From: Bacteroidales bacterium
Lineage (GTDB): Bacteria > Bacteroidota > Bacteroidia > Bacteroidales > UBA12077
Direction of reading: 5' to 3'
Length of the DNA stretch: 64,000 bases
NCBI GenBank assembly: GCA_027859205.1
Contig: JAQIBH010000018.1
Location: 404 to 64,403, forward strand
The position numbers and the translations under genes were made by a program. Positions 29,066-39,162 of the stretch are shown one piece after another (position 1 is the first letter of the stretch; every line of letters starts with the position of its first letter). The notes beneath the pieces are model-generated. The model made no database searches and was not told where the DNA came from. It worked only from the letters and a program-made list of their open reading frames with translations.

Positions 29066-30193
29066 ATGCAATTTAAAGAAGTTGTAGGACATAAAAAGAT
29101 AAAAGAAAAATTAATTCATACCATAAAAGAAAACAGGGTAAGTCATGCTCAACTTTTCTTAGGTGCTGAAGGCTCTGGTAATTTAGCTTTAGCAATTGCA
29201 TATGCTCAATATTTATCATGTGACGATAAGCAAAGCGATGATTCTTGTGGTGTTTGTCCATCATGTACAAAATTTAAAAAGTTAGTTCATCCCGATTTGC
29301 ATTTTGTTTATCCTGTGTCAACATCAAAAACGGTAAAGAAAGATCCTATAAGTGGCGATTATATTGCACAATGGCGCGAAGCAATCATCGAAAATCCGTA
29401 TATAAATCAAACTAAGTGGTATGAAATTATTGATGTAGAAAATAAACAAGGTATTATTAGCAAGAACGAAAGTTATGATATTTTAAAGAAATTGAACCTA
29501 AAAACGTTTGAATCTGAATATAAGATCATGATTATTTGGTTACCAGAAAAGATGAATGCTTTTGCTGCAAATAAATTACTAAAATTAATTGAGGAGCCAC
29601 CAGAAAAAACATTGTTTCTAATGGTATCTGAAAATACAGAACAAATATTACAAACAATACTTTCGAGAATTCAATTAATTAAAATTGCGAAGATTGATAA
29701 TGAGAGTATGCGAATAGCTCTCACCGATAAAATAGGATTGTCACCAGAAAAAGCGCAGGATATTGCTCATTTATCAAATGGCAATTATTTTAGTGCTTTG
29801 AATTTAATAAATTCGGAAGAAGAGGAGAGTTTAAATTTCGATTATTTCACTCAATTTATGCGTTTATCTTTTCAACGAAAAATTATTGAGATTATAGAGT
29901 GGGTAGACGAAATTTCCAGAATTGGAAGAGAAAAGCAAAAGAATTTTTTGGCCTATTCTATTCGGCTTATTCGGGAAAACTTCATGCTTAACATCGATAA
30001 TAGAGAATTAGTATATCTTACAAAAAAAGAATTAGATTTTTCCGAAAATTTTTCTCAATTTATTGATAAGGAAAATATATATCCGATTTATGATGCTTTG
30101 AATCGAGCACATTCCGATATAGAAATGAACGCATACAATAAAATTGTATTTTTAGATTTAGCTCTAAAAATTATAAAATTGATTAAAAAATAA
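29066..30193 (+). CDS. holB: DNA polymerase III subunit delta'
   Basis: MQFKEVVGHKKIKEKL, SHAQLFLGAEGSGNLALAIAYAQYLSC, Zn-module CGVCPSC, and SRIQ sensor motif. The track ORF opens at TTG 29012, but ATG 29066 matches the usual N-terminus. Confidence 0.85.
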   Translation: MQFKEVVGHKKIKEKLIHTIKENRVSHAQLFLGAEGSGNLALAIAYAQYLSCDDKQSDDSCGVCPSCTKFKKLVHPDLHFVYPVSTSKTVKKDPISGDYIAQWREAIIENPYINQTKWYEIIDVENKQGIISKNESYDILKKLNLKTFESEYKIMIIWLPEKMNAFAANKLLKLIEEPPEKTLFLMVSENTEQILQTILSRIQLIKIAKIDNESMRIALTDKIGLSPEKAQDIAHLSNGNYFSALNLINSEEEESLNFDYFTQFMRLSFQRKIIEIIEWVDEISRIGREKQKNFLAYSIRLIRENFMLNIDNRELVYLTKKELDFSENFSQFIDKENIYPIYDALNRAHSDIEMNAYNKIVFLDLALKIIKLIKK

Positions 30194-30280
30194 TTTTCAT
30201 TACTTTTGCTATTTGAAATATAGTTATATTTCGAGATAATGTATTGTGAGAATGATTTTGAAGCGAATAACATTTAAGTT

Positions 30281-31438
30281 ATGGAAATTAATGAAAAAGA
30301 AAATTCAGGGATTCAACCTGAACAAAATATATCTTCTTGTACTGGTTTAAATTCTGAATGTTGCTGTAAACTACAAGCCTACGATTGGTTGAAAGATATT
30401 CCAGTCTCTACTCAAAGGTCTGATATTATTGAGGTTCAGTTTAAAAATACTCGTAAAGAGTTTTTTATAAATGTAAACTCATTACGGATAAAAAAAGGAG
30501 ATATTGTAGCCGTTGAGGCATCACCCGGTCATGATATCGGAATTGTTTCGTTAACGGGAGAGTTAGTTAACTTTCAATTAAGGAAGCAAGGAATAAAGAT
30601 AGAAGGGCATGAGTTTAAAAAAGTATATCGTAAAGCAAAAGTAGCCGATCTTGAAAAGTGGCATGAGGCTACTTCGCTTGAAGATTCTACAATGCTTAAA
30701 ACCCGTAAAATAGCTTCCGATCTGAAGTTAGATATGAAGATTGGTGATGTTGAATACCAAGGAGACAAAACAAAGGCGATATTTTATTATATAGCGGATG
30801 AAAGGGTTGATTTTAGAGAGTTAATAAAGCTATTAGCAGAAAACTTTAAAATTCGTATTGAAATGCGACAGATTGGTGCTCGCCAAGAAGCTGGACGAAT
30901 TGGTGGAATTGGATCTTGCGGTAGAGAACTTTGCTGTTCAACGTTTATAACTAACTTTGTTTCTGTAACCACAAATTCGGCACGACATCAAGAGATATCC
31001 CTTAATCCTCAGAAACTTGCGGGACAATGCAGTAAATTAAAATGTTGCTTGAATTATGAATTGGATTGTTATGTAGATGCTCAAAAAGATTTTCCATCTC
31101 ATAAAATTGTGTTAGAAACAAAAAACGGACAAGCATATCATAGTAAAACAGATATTTTTCGTGGTATAATGTGGTACACTTTTGATCCTGTGCATATGGT
31201 AAATTTTACACCTGTACCGGTAAATAGAGTAAAGGAAATAATTGAATTAAATAAAAAAGGTACCAAGGTTGATGTCTTAGTAGATATTGCAAAAGTTATC
31301 AAAGAAGGACATTTAGATTTTAAAAACGAAGTAGGGCAAGATAGCTTAACACGTTTTGATGATAAGAAACCTAAAAGAAAAAAGAAAAGAAATAATAAAC
31401 GCAGAGGACCTAGAAATGAAAGAACTAAGATGTTATAG
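30281..31438 (+). CDS. ricT: PSP1-domain protein (RicT/YaaT-like)
   Basis: Cys-rich N-terminus (SSCTGLNSECCCKLQAYDWL), a PSP1 core with GSCGRELCCSTF and KLKCCLNYE, and a basic C-terminal tail. Confidence 0.85.
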   Translation: MEINEKENSGIQPEQNISSCTGLNSECCCKLQAYDWLKDIPVSTQRSDIIEVQFKNTRKEFFINVNSLRIKKGDIVAVEASPGHDIGIVSLTGELVNFQLRKQGIKIEGHEFKKVYRKAKVADLEKWHEATSLEDSTMLKTRKIASDLKLDMKIGDVEYQGDKTKAIFYYIADERVDFRELIKLLAENFKIRIEMRQIGARQEAGRIGGIGSCGRELCCSTFITNFVSVTTNSARHQEISLNPQKLAGQCSKLKCCLNYELDCYVDAQKDFPSHKIVLETKNGQAYHSKTDIFRGIMWYTFDPVHMVNFTPVPVNRVKEIIELNKKGTKVDVLVDIAKVIKEGHLDFKNEVGQDSLTRFDDKKPKRKKKRNNKRRGPRNERTKML

Positions 31439-31898
31439 TGTTTTTTTCTTTTTGGTAATTATTTCTATATTTTCTTCCTGTGATCAAAATCAGGTTTACG
31501 AAAGAAACATTGAAATAAACAATTTAAGTTGGCATAAGGATACCATCATAAAATTTCAAGTTGATATTAAAGACACGATATATCCTCATAATATATATGT
31601 GAATGTAAGAAATAGCTCAAGATATCAAATGCAAAATTTATTTCTTTTTATAACAACAAGCTCCCCGAATGGATCTGTTTTAAAGGATACTTTTGAGTGT
31701 TATTTAGCCGATGAACGAGGTAAATGGGTTGGCAGTGGCTGGGGTGATATTTATGATAATCAATTTATATATAAAAGGAATATACGGTTTCCTTTTTCCG
31801 GGGTTTATACTTTTGAGTATGTACAAGCTATGCGTGTTGAAAAATTAGAACATATTTCTGATATAGGATTAAGAATTGAAAAAGTTGAACTTCGCTAA
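31416..31898 (+). CDS. gldH: gliding motility lipoprotein GldH
   Basis: MKELRCYSVFFFLVIISIFSSCDQNQVYE gives a signal peptide plus lipobox Cys. About 160 aa mature size, located after holB and the PSP1 gene. The track ORF opens at 31356; in-frame ATG 31416 is preferred. Overlaps the PSP1 gene by 23 nt. Confidence 0.8.
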   Translation: MKELRCYSVFFFLVIISIFSSCDQNQVYERNIEINNLSWHKDTIIKFQVDIKDTIYPHNIYVNVRNSSRYQMQNLFLFITTSSPNGSVLKDTFECYLADERGKWVGSGWGDIYDNQFIYKRNIRFPFSGVYTFEYVQAMRVEKLEHISDIGLRIEKVELR

Positions 31899-31918
31899 GT
31901 GCAAAATAATCAGTAAAA

Positions 31919-32617
31919 GTGGTAAAAAATAAATTATCAAGGTTTACAGATATGGAAACCTTTAATCATGTTGTGCAGCCTCCTTTTAATGAAGTATATA
32001 AAAAGAATTACAAATTAAAAGGGAAATGGAGTAAAGATTTCTTTAGCAATAGTAACCCTGTAACTGTAGAGTTAGGATGTGGTAAAGGAGAATATACAGT
32101 TGCCTTAGCCAAACAAAATCCGAATACTAATTTTATTGGTATTGATATCAAAGGAGCAAGGATGTGGCGAGGAGCTAAAACAGCACTTGAGGATGACATA
32201 AAGAATGTTGGTTTTCTAAGAACAAGAATAGATTTTATTAATTCATTTTTTGATAATAACGAAGTTTCGGAAATATGGATTACCTTCCCCGATCCACAAC
32301 TCAAAAAATATTATAAACGATTAACTTCAACGAGATTTTTAGCTTATTATCAAAATGTTATTGTAGAGAATGGATTAATAAATCTAAAGACAGATAGCGC
32401 CGAACTTTATATTTATACTAAAAACTTAGTTGAGCTAAATAATCTGGAAATAATAATTAATACCGATGATTTGTATAACTCAGGGATTGTTGATAATATT
32501 CTTTCAATAAAAACTTTCTACGAACAGCAATTTTTAGCTCAAGGTAAACCAATACATTATTTAAGATTTAAATTGAATAAAGCAATTAAACTTGAAGAAC
32601 CAAAAGAAGAAAAATAA
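31919..32617 (+). CDS. trmB: tRNA (guanine46-N7)-methyltransferase
   Basis: VELGCGKGEYTVALAKQNPNTNFIGIDIKGARMW SAM-binding block. N-terminal VKNKLSRFTDM pattern typical of Bacteroidota TrmB. GTG start. Confidence 0.9.
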   Translation: MVKNKLSRFTDMETFNHVVQPPFNEVYKKNYKLKGKWSKDFFSNSNPVTVELGCGKGEYTVALAKQNPNTNFIGIDIKGARMWRGAKTALEDDIKNVGFLRTRIDFINSFFDNNEVSEIWITFPDPQLKKYYKRLTSTRFLAYYQNVIVENGLINLKTDSAELYIYTKNLVELNNLEIIINTDDLYNSGIVDNILSIKTFYEQQFLAQGKPIHYLRFKLNKAIKLEEPKEEK

Positions 32618-32939
32618 CGAAGGATTCTTTAGCAAAGTTTATCATGTAGCCCGTCAAATACCAAGTGGACGAGTAACAAGCTACGGCGCAATAGCAAAGT
32701 ATTTGGGATCAGCGCAATCTGCTAGAATAGTTGGTTGGGCAATGAATGACTCCCACTTTCAAAGTGAATATATTCCTGCACACAGAGTTGTAAATAGAAA
32801 TGGATTATTAACAGGAAAACAACATTTCGGCAATTCAAATACAATGAAACAACTCCTCGAAAACGAAGGAATTAAAATCGAAGATGATTCAATAATTGAT
32901 TTTGAAAAATATTTTTGGGATCCTTTAAAAGAACTTTAG
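32592..32939 (+). CDS. MGMT-family DNA-binding protein lacking the acceptor cysteine (alkyltransferase-like, ATL)
   Basis: IPSGRVTSYGAIAKYLG helix-turn-helix block. The PCHRV active-site motif reads PAHRVV (Cys to Ala). The start is uncertain (TTG) and overlaps the end of trmB. Confidence 0.75.
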   Translation: MKNQKKKNNEGFFSKVYHVARQIPSGRVTSYGAIAKYLGSAQSARIVGWAMNDSHFQSEYIPAHRVVNRNGLLTGKQHFGNSNTMKQLLENEGIKIEDDSIIDFEKYFWDPLKEL

Positions 32940-32943
32940 GAGA

Positions 32944-33026
32944 AGGTGCTAAGCGTCTATGTTTAATAGGGTTTGAAGCAATTTTTAAAACGATGTTCCA
33001 TACACAAAGAAATCCGCTTAGCACCT
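32944..33026. repeat. 12-bp perfect inverted repeat AGGTGCTAAGCG / CGCTTAGCACCT with a 59-nt spacer
   Basis: Read directly: 32944-32955 and 33015-33026. It lies just downstream of the ATL gene, inside a 300-bp intergenic region. Confidence 0.3.
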
Positions 33027-33241
33027 GGTTTTCAAAAATAATAGCTGTTTATAAAATCCAGATTAAGTATATAGTCCGATAGTCATTTAAAGTAAATATT
33101 ATTTCTTTTAAACTTCAAATAACTTCTTGATCTGCTCAGCATAATCTATGTAAAACTTCGAACTGTAAACTCAAAATTTATAACTATTTTATTATCTTTG
33201 CTACGTTAATTTAAATTAAATAAAAATAAGGATAAATAAAA

Positions 33242-34357
33242 ATGACATATTCTAAAACACAAATTTTAGAGGCCTTAAGGAATGTAAAACATCCAGAAAC
33301 TGCACAAGACATTGTAGCCATGGGAATGGTTGATGACATATGGATTGATGGCAATAAGGCAGGATTTACACTTAGCTTTAAAAAACCAACAGATCCATTT
33401 ATGAATTCAATGTCCAAGGTTTGTATTCAGGCTTTAGAACAATATTTAGGTAAGGATCTGGATTTTAATGGTAATATAAAAGTAAAATCTCCTGAAAAGA
33501 AAATTGCACCAGTAAAACGGGATTCACAATCTTTAAAAGATGTAAAAAATATTATTGCTGTAGCATCAGGTAAGGGAGGTGTTGGTAAATCAACAGTAGC
33601 AACAAATTTGGCAATTTTTCTTGCAAAAACAGGTGCTAAAGTTGGATTAATTGATGCCGATATTTTTGGACCGTCAATACCAAAAATGTTTAATATTGAA
33701 GGTGAAAGACCATTGGTTCGCAAAGTCGATGATATTGATATGATTACGCCTGTTGAAAAATATGGAGTAAAAATAGTATCGATAGGATTTTTTGTTAATC
33801 CTGAAGACGCATTGGTTTGGAGAGGAGCGATGGCAACTAGCGCTTTAAAACAATTACTACATCAAACAGAGTGGGGTAGCTTAGATTATTTGGTTGTAGA
33901 TTTACCTCCAGGAACAAGCGATATTCATTTAACTTTAGTACAGGAAACATCAGTTACAGGAGCAATAATCGTTAGCACACCTCAAGATGTGGCAATTGCT
34001 GATGCCATAAAAGGAATAAAAATGTTTACTGGAAAAAACATAAATGTACCTGTGTTGGGTATAATTGAAAATATGTCGTGGTTTACACCAGAAGAATTAC
34101 CCGATAATAAATACTATATCTTTGGCAAAGATGGATGTAAAAATCTTGCAGAAAAAGAAAATATTCCTTTACTTGGTCAAATTCCTATTGTTCAAAGAAT
34201 TCGTGAAGGAAGCGATTCTGGGAATCCGGCCGTATTAATCGAAGGCTCGGTAGTTGAAGAGGCATTTAAAAAATTGTCTGCTTCAATAATAAAAGCAATT
34301 GAGGACAGAAATATTAAACAGGAACCAACAAAAAGGGTAGAGATAAAAACTAAATAA
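33242..34357 (+). CDS. apbC: Mrp/NBP35-family Fe-S cluster carrier ATPase (ApbC)
   Basis: N-terminal DUF59-like domain, deviant Walker A ASGKGGVGKSTVATNLA, and VVDLPPGTSD. Confidence 0.9.
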   Translation: MTYSKTQILEALRNVKHPETAQDIVAMGMVDDIWIDGNKAGFTLSFKKPTDPFMNSMSKVCIQALEQYLGKDLDFNGNIKVKSPEKKIAPVKRDSQSLKDVKNIIAVASGKGGVGKSTVATNLAIFLAKTGAKVGLIDADIFGPSIPKMFNIEGERPLVRKVDDIDMITPVEKYGVKIVSIGFFVNPEDALVWRGAMATSALKQLLHQTEWGSLDYLVVDLPPGTSDIHLTLVQETSVTGAIIVSTPQDVAIADAIKGIKMFTGKNINVPVLGIIENMSWFTPEELPDNKYYIFGKDGCKNLAEKENIPLLGQIPIVQRIREGSDSGNPAVLIEGSVVEEAFKKLSASIIKAIEDRNIKQEPTKRVEIKTK

Positions 34358-34376
34358 ATAATTTAAAAATTCTAAT

Positions 34377-34622
34377 ATGGACGAAGCAATAAGACAAGAT
34401 TTTGAAAAAAGAATAAACGAATCAATTGACATGGTAAGACCTTATCTTGTAGCCGATGGTGGAGATATTAAATTTGTGGAATTAACTGATGATATGGTTG
34501 TAAAGGTAGAATTATTAGGGGCCTGTGGGTCTTGTCCTTATAGTTTACAAACCCTAAAAAATGGTGTTGAACAAGCTGTAAAAAAACAAATACCTGAAGT
34601 TAAAGAAGTAGTTTCTGCTTAA
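34377..34622 (+). CDS. NifU C-terminal-domain (Nfu-type) Fe-S scaffold protein
   Basis: DGGDIKFVEL...GACGSCPYS motif. 81 aa. Confidence 0.85.
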   Translation: MDEAIRQDFEKRINESIDMVRPYLVADGGDIKFVELTDDMVVKVELLGACGSCPYSLQTLKNGVEQAVKKQIPEVKEVVSA

Positions 34623-34655
34623 TTTAAGGAATTGTTTTAATTAACTAAATTAAAG

Positions 34656-34692
34656 AAATGGATGTTGATATTTAGCATCCATTTTCTTTTAT
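34656..34692 (+). terminator. rho-independent terminator after the Nfu-type gene
   Basis: Stem AAATGGATG (34656-34664) / CATCCATTT (34676-34684) with an 11-nt loop, followed by TCTTTTAT. Confidence 0.6.
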
Positions 34693-34817
34693 GCCATGTT
34701 CAATTAATTTACTAGTTTTATACATTCCTTTTTTCTAATAAAATTTATTTAATTATATAATATTTCAAAGAAATAAAGGTTTGAACTTATAGATTACATT
34801 AGTAAAAAAATTATTTA

Positions 34818-37523
34818 GTGAATCGAATTTTTAAATATTGTGTTTTTATCGGCATATTAATTGTTGTTAATTCAGGCTGTTCAACTAAAAAAAATACTGG
34901 ATTAACAAGATTTTATCATGGATTAACCACAAAATACAATATCCTTTTTAATGGAACTGAGAGTTATAAAGCGGGAGTTAAAAAGTATGAAGAATCATAT
35001 ATTGATGACTACTCTCAAGTGTTACCAATTTTTACTTATAGTGATGAAAATCTAGCCTCAGGTACAAAGCCGCAAATGGATCGAACTATTGAAAAATCAA
35101 CAAAATCTATTCGATTGCATTCCATCACTAAAAAACCCGATAAGAAAAAGAGTGTATTGTCTGAAAAAGATAAAGCTTTTTATAGTAAAAAAGAGTTCAA
35201 TGCCTACATAGATGATTCCTATTTAATAATGGGGAAAGCGTTTTTTTATCAAAGAGATTTTGCAAGTGCAATAAGAATATTTGATTTTATTATTAATCAA
35301 TACGACGATGAGAAAACTAAATATCTATCATATAATTGGCTAGTTCGATCCAATGTAGAAATAAAAGATTTTAGAGAGGCTCAAAATATTATTGATTTCT
35401 TAATTAGTGATATAGATTATCCGGATAAGTTAAATTATCAACTTAACCTTACTCTAGCAGATTTTTATTTGAAGCAACAAAATTTTTTAGAAGCCGAATC
35501 TTTTGTTGGCGAGGCATTAATACTTGTAAGAAAAAGAAATGATAGAAGACGCTTAACCTTTATTCTTGCACAATTAAAAGAAAAATCAGGAAAACCAAGA
35601 GAAGCCTCCCAGTTGTATGAAGATGTGATAAAAATGAACCCCGAATATGAGATGGCTTTTAATGCAAAAATAAAAAGGGCAACTCTTTTTGAGGGAGGGA
35701 AATCCAAATCTATAAAAGCAGAATTATTAGATATGCTTAAAGATGATAAAAACATCGAATATCAGGATCAGATTTATTATGCCCTTGGCGATCTGGAAAT
35801 GAAAACGAATAACATTACACAAGCCATTGAATATTATCAAAAGTCGACGAAAGTAAGTATTTCAAATACAAACCAAAAAGCATTATCGTTTCTTGCATTG
35901 GCTAATTTATTTTTTGACAGAACAGATTATACAGAATCACAAGCGTACTTCGATAGCGCTGTTACTTCGCTTGATCAAGATTTTCCTGGTTATGCAGAAC
36001 TTTCCAGAAAAAATAAGTACTTATCAAAATTAGTAAGGAATTTAAATGAAGTTGAGCTTCAGGATAGCGTTCAAATAATTGCATCACTCACCGAAGCAGA
36101 AAGATCGCAATTTATACAAAAAATTATTCAAGATCTTCGTGATAAAGAGATTGAAGAACAGGAAATGCAAAGAGCTCAAGAATTGTTGGATATGAATAAT
36201 TTAAATTCAACAAGTACCAGGTCAACTTCCTCTTTAACCCAAGGGGGGAAATGGTATTTTTATAATCCTTCAGCAAAAAGTTTTGGTCAACCAGAGTTTC
36301 AAAGACGATGGGGAAATCGTAAGCTAGAAGATAACTGGCGACGAAAAAACAAAAAAGTGGGTGGTATTGAAGAAATATCGGAAACAGAAACTCTTGAAGA
36401 CTTTTTTGATAATAAAGAAGGATTGGATAACAAGTCTGTTGAGTATTATATGGTAGATATCCCATTGACTGATTCAGCTTTGGTGGCTTCCCATTTAAAG
36501 ATTCAAACTGCATTGTTTAATGTCGGTGAAGTATACCGTAATGATTTAAAAGATTATCCACTTGCAATTGATGCATATAAAGACTTGATTCAAAGATACC
36601 CAGAAAGTGAATATAAAGTGCCGGCATATTATAGCATGTATAAAGTGTATGAGCAACAAGGAGATGTTGCACAAAAAGATATGTATAAAAATATGATTAT
36701 TAGGAATTATCCCGAATCTCAATATGCAAAAGTTTTAGTCGATCCTGATTATTTTAAGCAATTCGTACAAGAAGAAATTGAACGTAAAGAAAGTTACTCA
36801 AAAACATTAGATTTATACAACACCGGTAGTTTTTCAGATGTAATTAGCCGATGTAATCGAGCTCTTATTAAAAAAGATATTTCTGAATATACACCAAAAT
36901 ACAGATATCTTAGGGCATTAGCAATGGGCGAAGTATACGGTGTTTCCGTCTTAAAAACGGAGCTTGAGAAAGTAGCAGCAGAGTTCAAGGATGATCCTGT
37001 AGCAAAATCATCAGAAAATTTATTAGTGCTAATACAAAAACACGAGCTTAATAACATCAAAGAGTTAAACATAGCACAAAGGCCGGATACTCTTGCTGAG
37101 GGTGACGTTAAAAGTGATGAAATTGCGAAATTAACAATGGATGAAATTGAAAAGTTATATAAATACGATTCTATATCAAAACATTATTTAGCTGTTATTA
37201 TATCAAATGACGCAGACCTTAACCAGTTAAAATTTAATATTATAAACTTTAATCTCGATTTTTATATCCAAAAAAGCTACGATATCGAAAGTAAAGAGTT
37301 TAATGATTTTTTTACCATTATAACAGTTCAACAGTTTAAGAATTCAAACGCAGGCTCAGAATACTATAATAAATTTAATGCCGAGAAAGAAAGAGTTTTT
37401 ACTGATGTAAAAAGCTCCAACTATCAATTTTTTATTATTTCTGAACCTAATTTGAAGAATCTTTCCAAAGAAAAAATGGTGCGCGATTATTTGTTATTTT
37501 ATAATAAATATTATCAAAAATAA
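34818..37523 (+). CDS. sprE: T9SS TPR lipoprotein SprE/PorW
   Basis: Lipobox plus the characteristic N-terminus NSGCSTKKNTGLTRFYHGLTTKYNILFNG. TPR-like repeats throughout. 901 aa, immediately upstream of porX. GTG start. Confidence 0.8.
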   Translation: MNRIFKYCVFIGILIVVNSGCSTKKNTGLTRFYHGLTTKYNILFNGTESYKAGVKKYEESYIDDYSQVLPIFTYSDENLASGTKPQMDRTIEKSTKSIRLHSITKKPDKKKSVLSEKDKAFYSKKEFNAYIDDSYLIMGKAFFYQRDFASAIRIFDFIINQYDDEKTKYLSYNWLVRSNVEIKDFREAQNIIDFLISDIDYPDKLNYQLNLTLADFYLKQQNFLEAESFVGEALILVRKRNDRRRLTFILAQLKEKSGKPREASQLYEDVIKMNPEYEMAFNAKIKRATLFEGGKSKSIKAELLDMLKDDKNIEYQDQIYYALGDLEMKTNNITQAIEYYQKSTKVSISNTNQKALSFLALANLFFDRTDYTESQAYFDSAVTSLDQDFPGYAELSRKNKYLSKLVRNLNEVELQDSVQIIASLTEAERSQFIQKIIQDLRDKEIEEQEMQRAQELLDMNNLNSTSTRSTSSLTQGGKWYFYNPSAKSFGQPEFQRRWGNRKLEDNWRRKNKKVGGIEEISETETLEDFFDNKEGLDNKSVEYYMVDIPLTDSALVASHLKIQTALFNVGEVYRNDLKDYPLAIDAYKDLIQRYPESEYKVPAYYSMYKVYEQQGDVAQKDMYKNMIIRNYPESQYAKVLVDPDYFKQFVQEEIERKESYSKTLDLYNTGSFSDVISRCNRALIKKDISEYTPKYRYLRALAMGEVYGVSVLKTELEKVAAEFKDDPVAKSSENLLVLIQKHELNNIKELNIAQRPDTLAEGDVKSDEIAKLTMDEIEKLYKYDSISKHYLAVIISNDADLNQLKFNIINFNLDFYIQKSYDIESKEFNDFFTIITVQQFKNSNAGSEYYNKFNAEKERVFTDVKSSNYQFFIISEPNLKNLSKEKMVRDYLLFYNKYYQK

Positions 37524-37586
37524 TAATTAGAGTAAAGATCTATTTTGTGCTAAACCACCTAATTGTGTGAATTTAAAATAAACGGA

Positions 37587-39140
37587 ATGAAGAAAGTAAG
37601 TATTTTGTGGACCGACGATGAGATTGATCTTTTAAAATCACATATTCTATTTTTAGAGGCAAAGGGTTTTGAATTATTTACATCAAGTAACGGCGATGAT
37701 GCAATAGAGATGGTTAAAAAACAGGATTTTGACCTTATATTTCTTGATGAAAATATGCCGGGTTTAAGTGGCTTGCAAACCTTGACTTATATAAAAGAAA
37801 TAAAACCGGAAATTCCTGTAATAATGATTACCAAGAGCGAGGAAGAAGATATGATGGATGAAGCTATTGGATCAAAAATAGCTGATTACTTAATTAAGCC
37901 CGTAAATCCTAAACAAATTCTTCTAAGTATTAAAAAAAATATCGATACCAAAAGATTGGTGTCTGAAAAGACAATATCTCATTATCAATCAGAATTCGGA
38001 AAAATAGGGATGCAAATTTCGAATGCAAATTCATTTAATGACTGGACTGATCTGTATAAGAAGCTGGTATACTGGGAGCTAGAGTTAGAGAAAAACGAAG
38101 AAGCGGGAATGTCGGAAGTTTTTAAAATGCAAAAATCTGACGCTAATAATGGATTTGCAAGATTTATTAAAAAAAACTATGAATCATGGTTTGACGGCTC
38201 GAAAGAAAAACCAATGATGTCGCCAAATTTATTTAAAGACCGAATATTTCCGATGCTTGACCAAGGGCAAAAAGTATTTGTGTTAGTTATCGACAATTTT
38301 AGGTATGATCAGTGGAAATTAATACAACCAATAATTAGTGACAGCTTTATAGTCGAATCTGAGGAGTTGTATTGCAGTATTTTACCAACAGCTACACAAT
38401 ACGCCCGAAATGCGATATTTGCAGGATTAATGCCATATGAGATTAATAAGTTATATCCTGAATATTGGTTAAACGACGATGAAGAAGGCGGGAAAAACAT
38501 GAAAGAGGCCGAACTTTTTCAAACTCAAATTTCGCGACACAGTAAGAATTATAAATTTGCTTACGAGAAAATCAGTCATATGAAAACGGGAGATAAAATC
38601 GTTGAAAATGTTCAAGATCTCCTTAATAACGATTTAAATATATTAGTATACAATTATATTGATATGTTATCTCATGCAAGAACCGAAATTGAAATGATTC
38701 GTGAGCTAGCTAATGATGAACCAGCATATAGATCTTTAACCGTATCGTGGTTTAAGCATTCACCATTGTACGCTTTAATAAAGGAGCTGCAGCAATATAA
38801 TGTTAAAATAGTTATTACCACAGATCACGGTACGGTTAGGGTTCAGAACCCGGTAAAAGTTATTGGTGATAAAAATACATCAACAAATCTTCGATATAAA
38901 AATGGCAGAAATCTTAATTATAACCCAAAAGAAGTTTTTGAGATTCGCGATCCTCAGAAAGTGCATTTACCTAGAACAAATATAAGTTCAAGCTATATAT
39001 TTGCTTTAAATAATGATTTCTTAGCTTATCCTAATAATTATAATTACTACGTAAATTATTATAGAGATACATTTCAGCATGGTGGTGTTTCTTTAGAAGA
39101 AATGATAATTCCTTTTATAAAATTAAAACCAAATAATTAA
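37587..39140 (+). CDS. porX: T9SS response regulator PorX (receiver domain plus PglZ/alkaline-phosphatase-like domain)
   Basis: Receiver domain (ILWTDDEIDLL...DLIFLDENMPGLSG...K) fused to a PglZ-type domain (VLVIDNFRYDQW, TTDHGT). The track ORF opens at TTG 37563; ATG 37587 is preferred. Confidence 0.85.
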   Translation: MKKVSILWTDDEIDLLKSHILFLEAKGFELFTSSNGDDAIEMVKKQDFDLIFLDENMPGLSGLQTLTYIKEIKPEIPVIMITKSEEEDMMDEAIGSKIADYLIKPVNPKQILLSIKKNIDTKRLVSEKTISHYQSEFGKIGMQISNANSFNDWTDLYKKLVYWELELEKNEEAGMSEVFKMQKSDANNGFARFIKKNYESWFDGSKEKPMMSPNLFKDRIFPMLDQGQKVFVLVIDNFRYDQWKLIQPIISDSFIVESEELYCSILPTATQYARNAIFAGLMPYEINKLYPEYWLNDDEEGGKNMKEAELFQTQISRHSKNYKFAYEKISHMKTGDKIVENVQDLLNNDLNILVYNYIDMLSHARTEIEMIRELANDEPAYRSLTVSWFKHSPLYALIKELQQYNVKIVITTDHGTVRVQNPVKVIGDKNTSTNLRYKNGRNLNYNPKEVFEIRDPQKVHLPRTNISSSYIFALNNDFLAYPNNYNYYVNYYRDTFQHGGVSLEEMIIPFIKLKPNN

Positions 39141-39162
39141 AAATTTTCCTTAAATTGCATAT

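Noticed and set aside
37587-39140. PglZ domain as a possible BREX/phage-defence component.
   Set aside because: The PglZ-like domain is fused to a receiver domain and sits directly after sprE/porW and before tsaE. That is the standard PorX (T9SS response regulator) architecture. No PglX, BrxC or other BREX genes are present.
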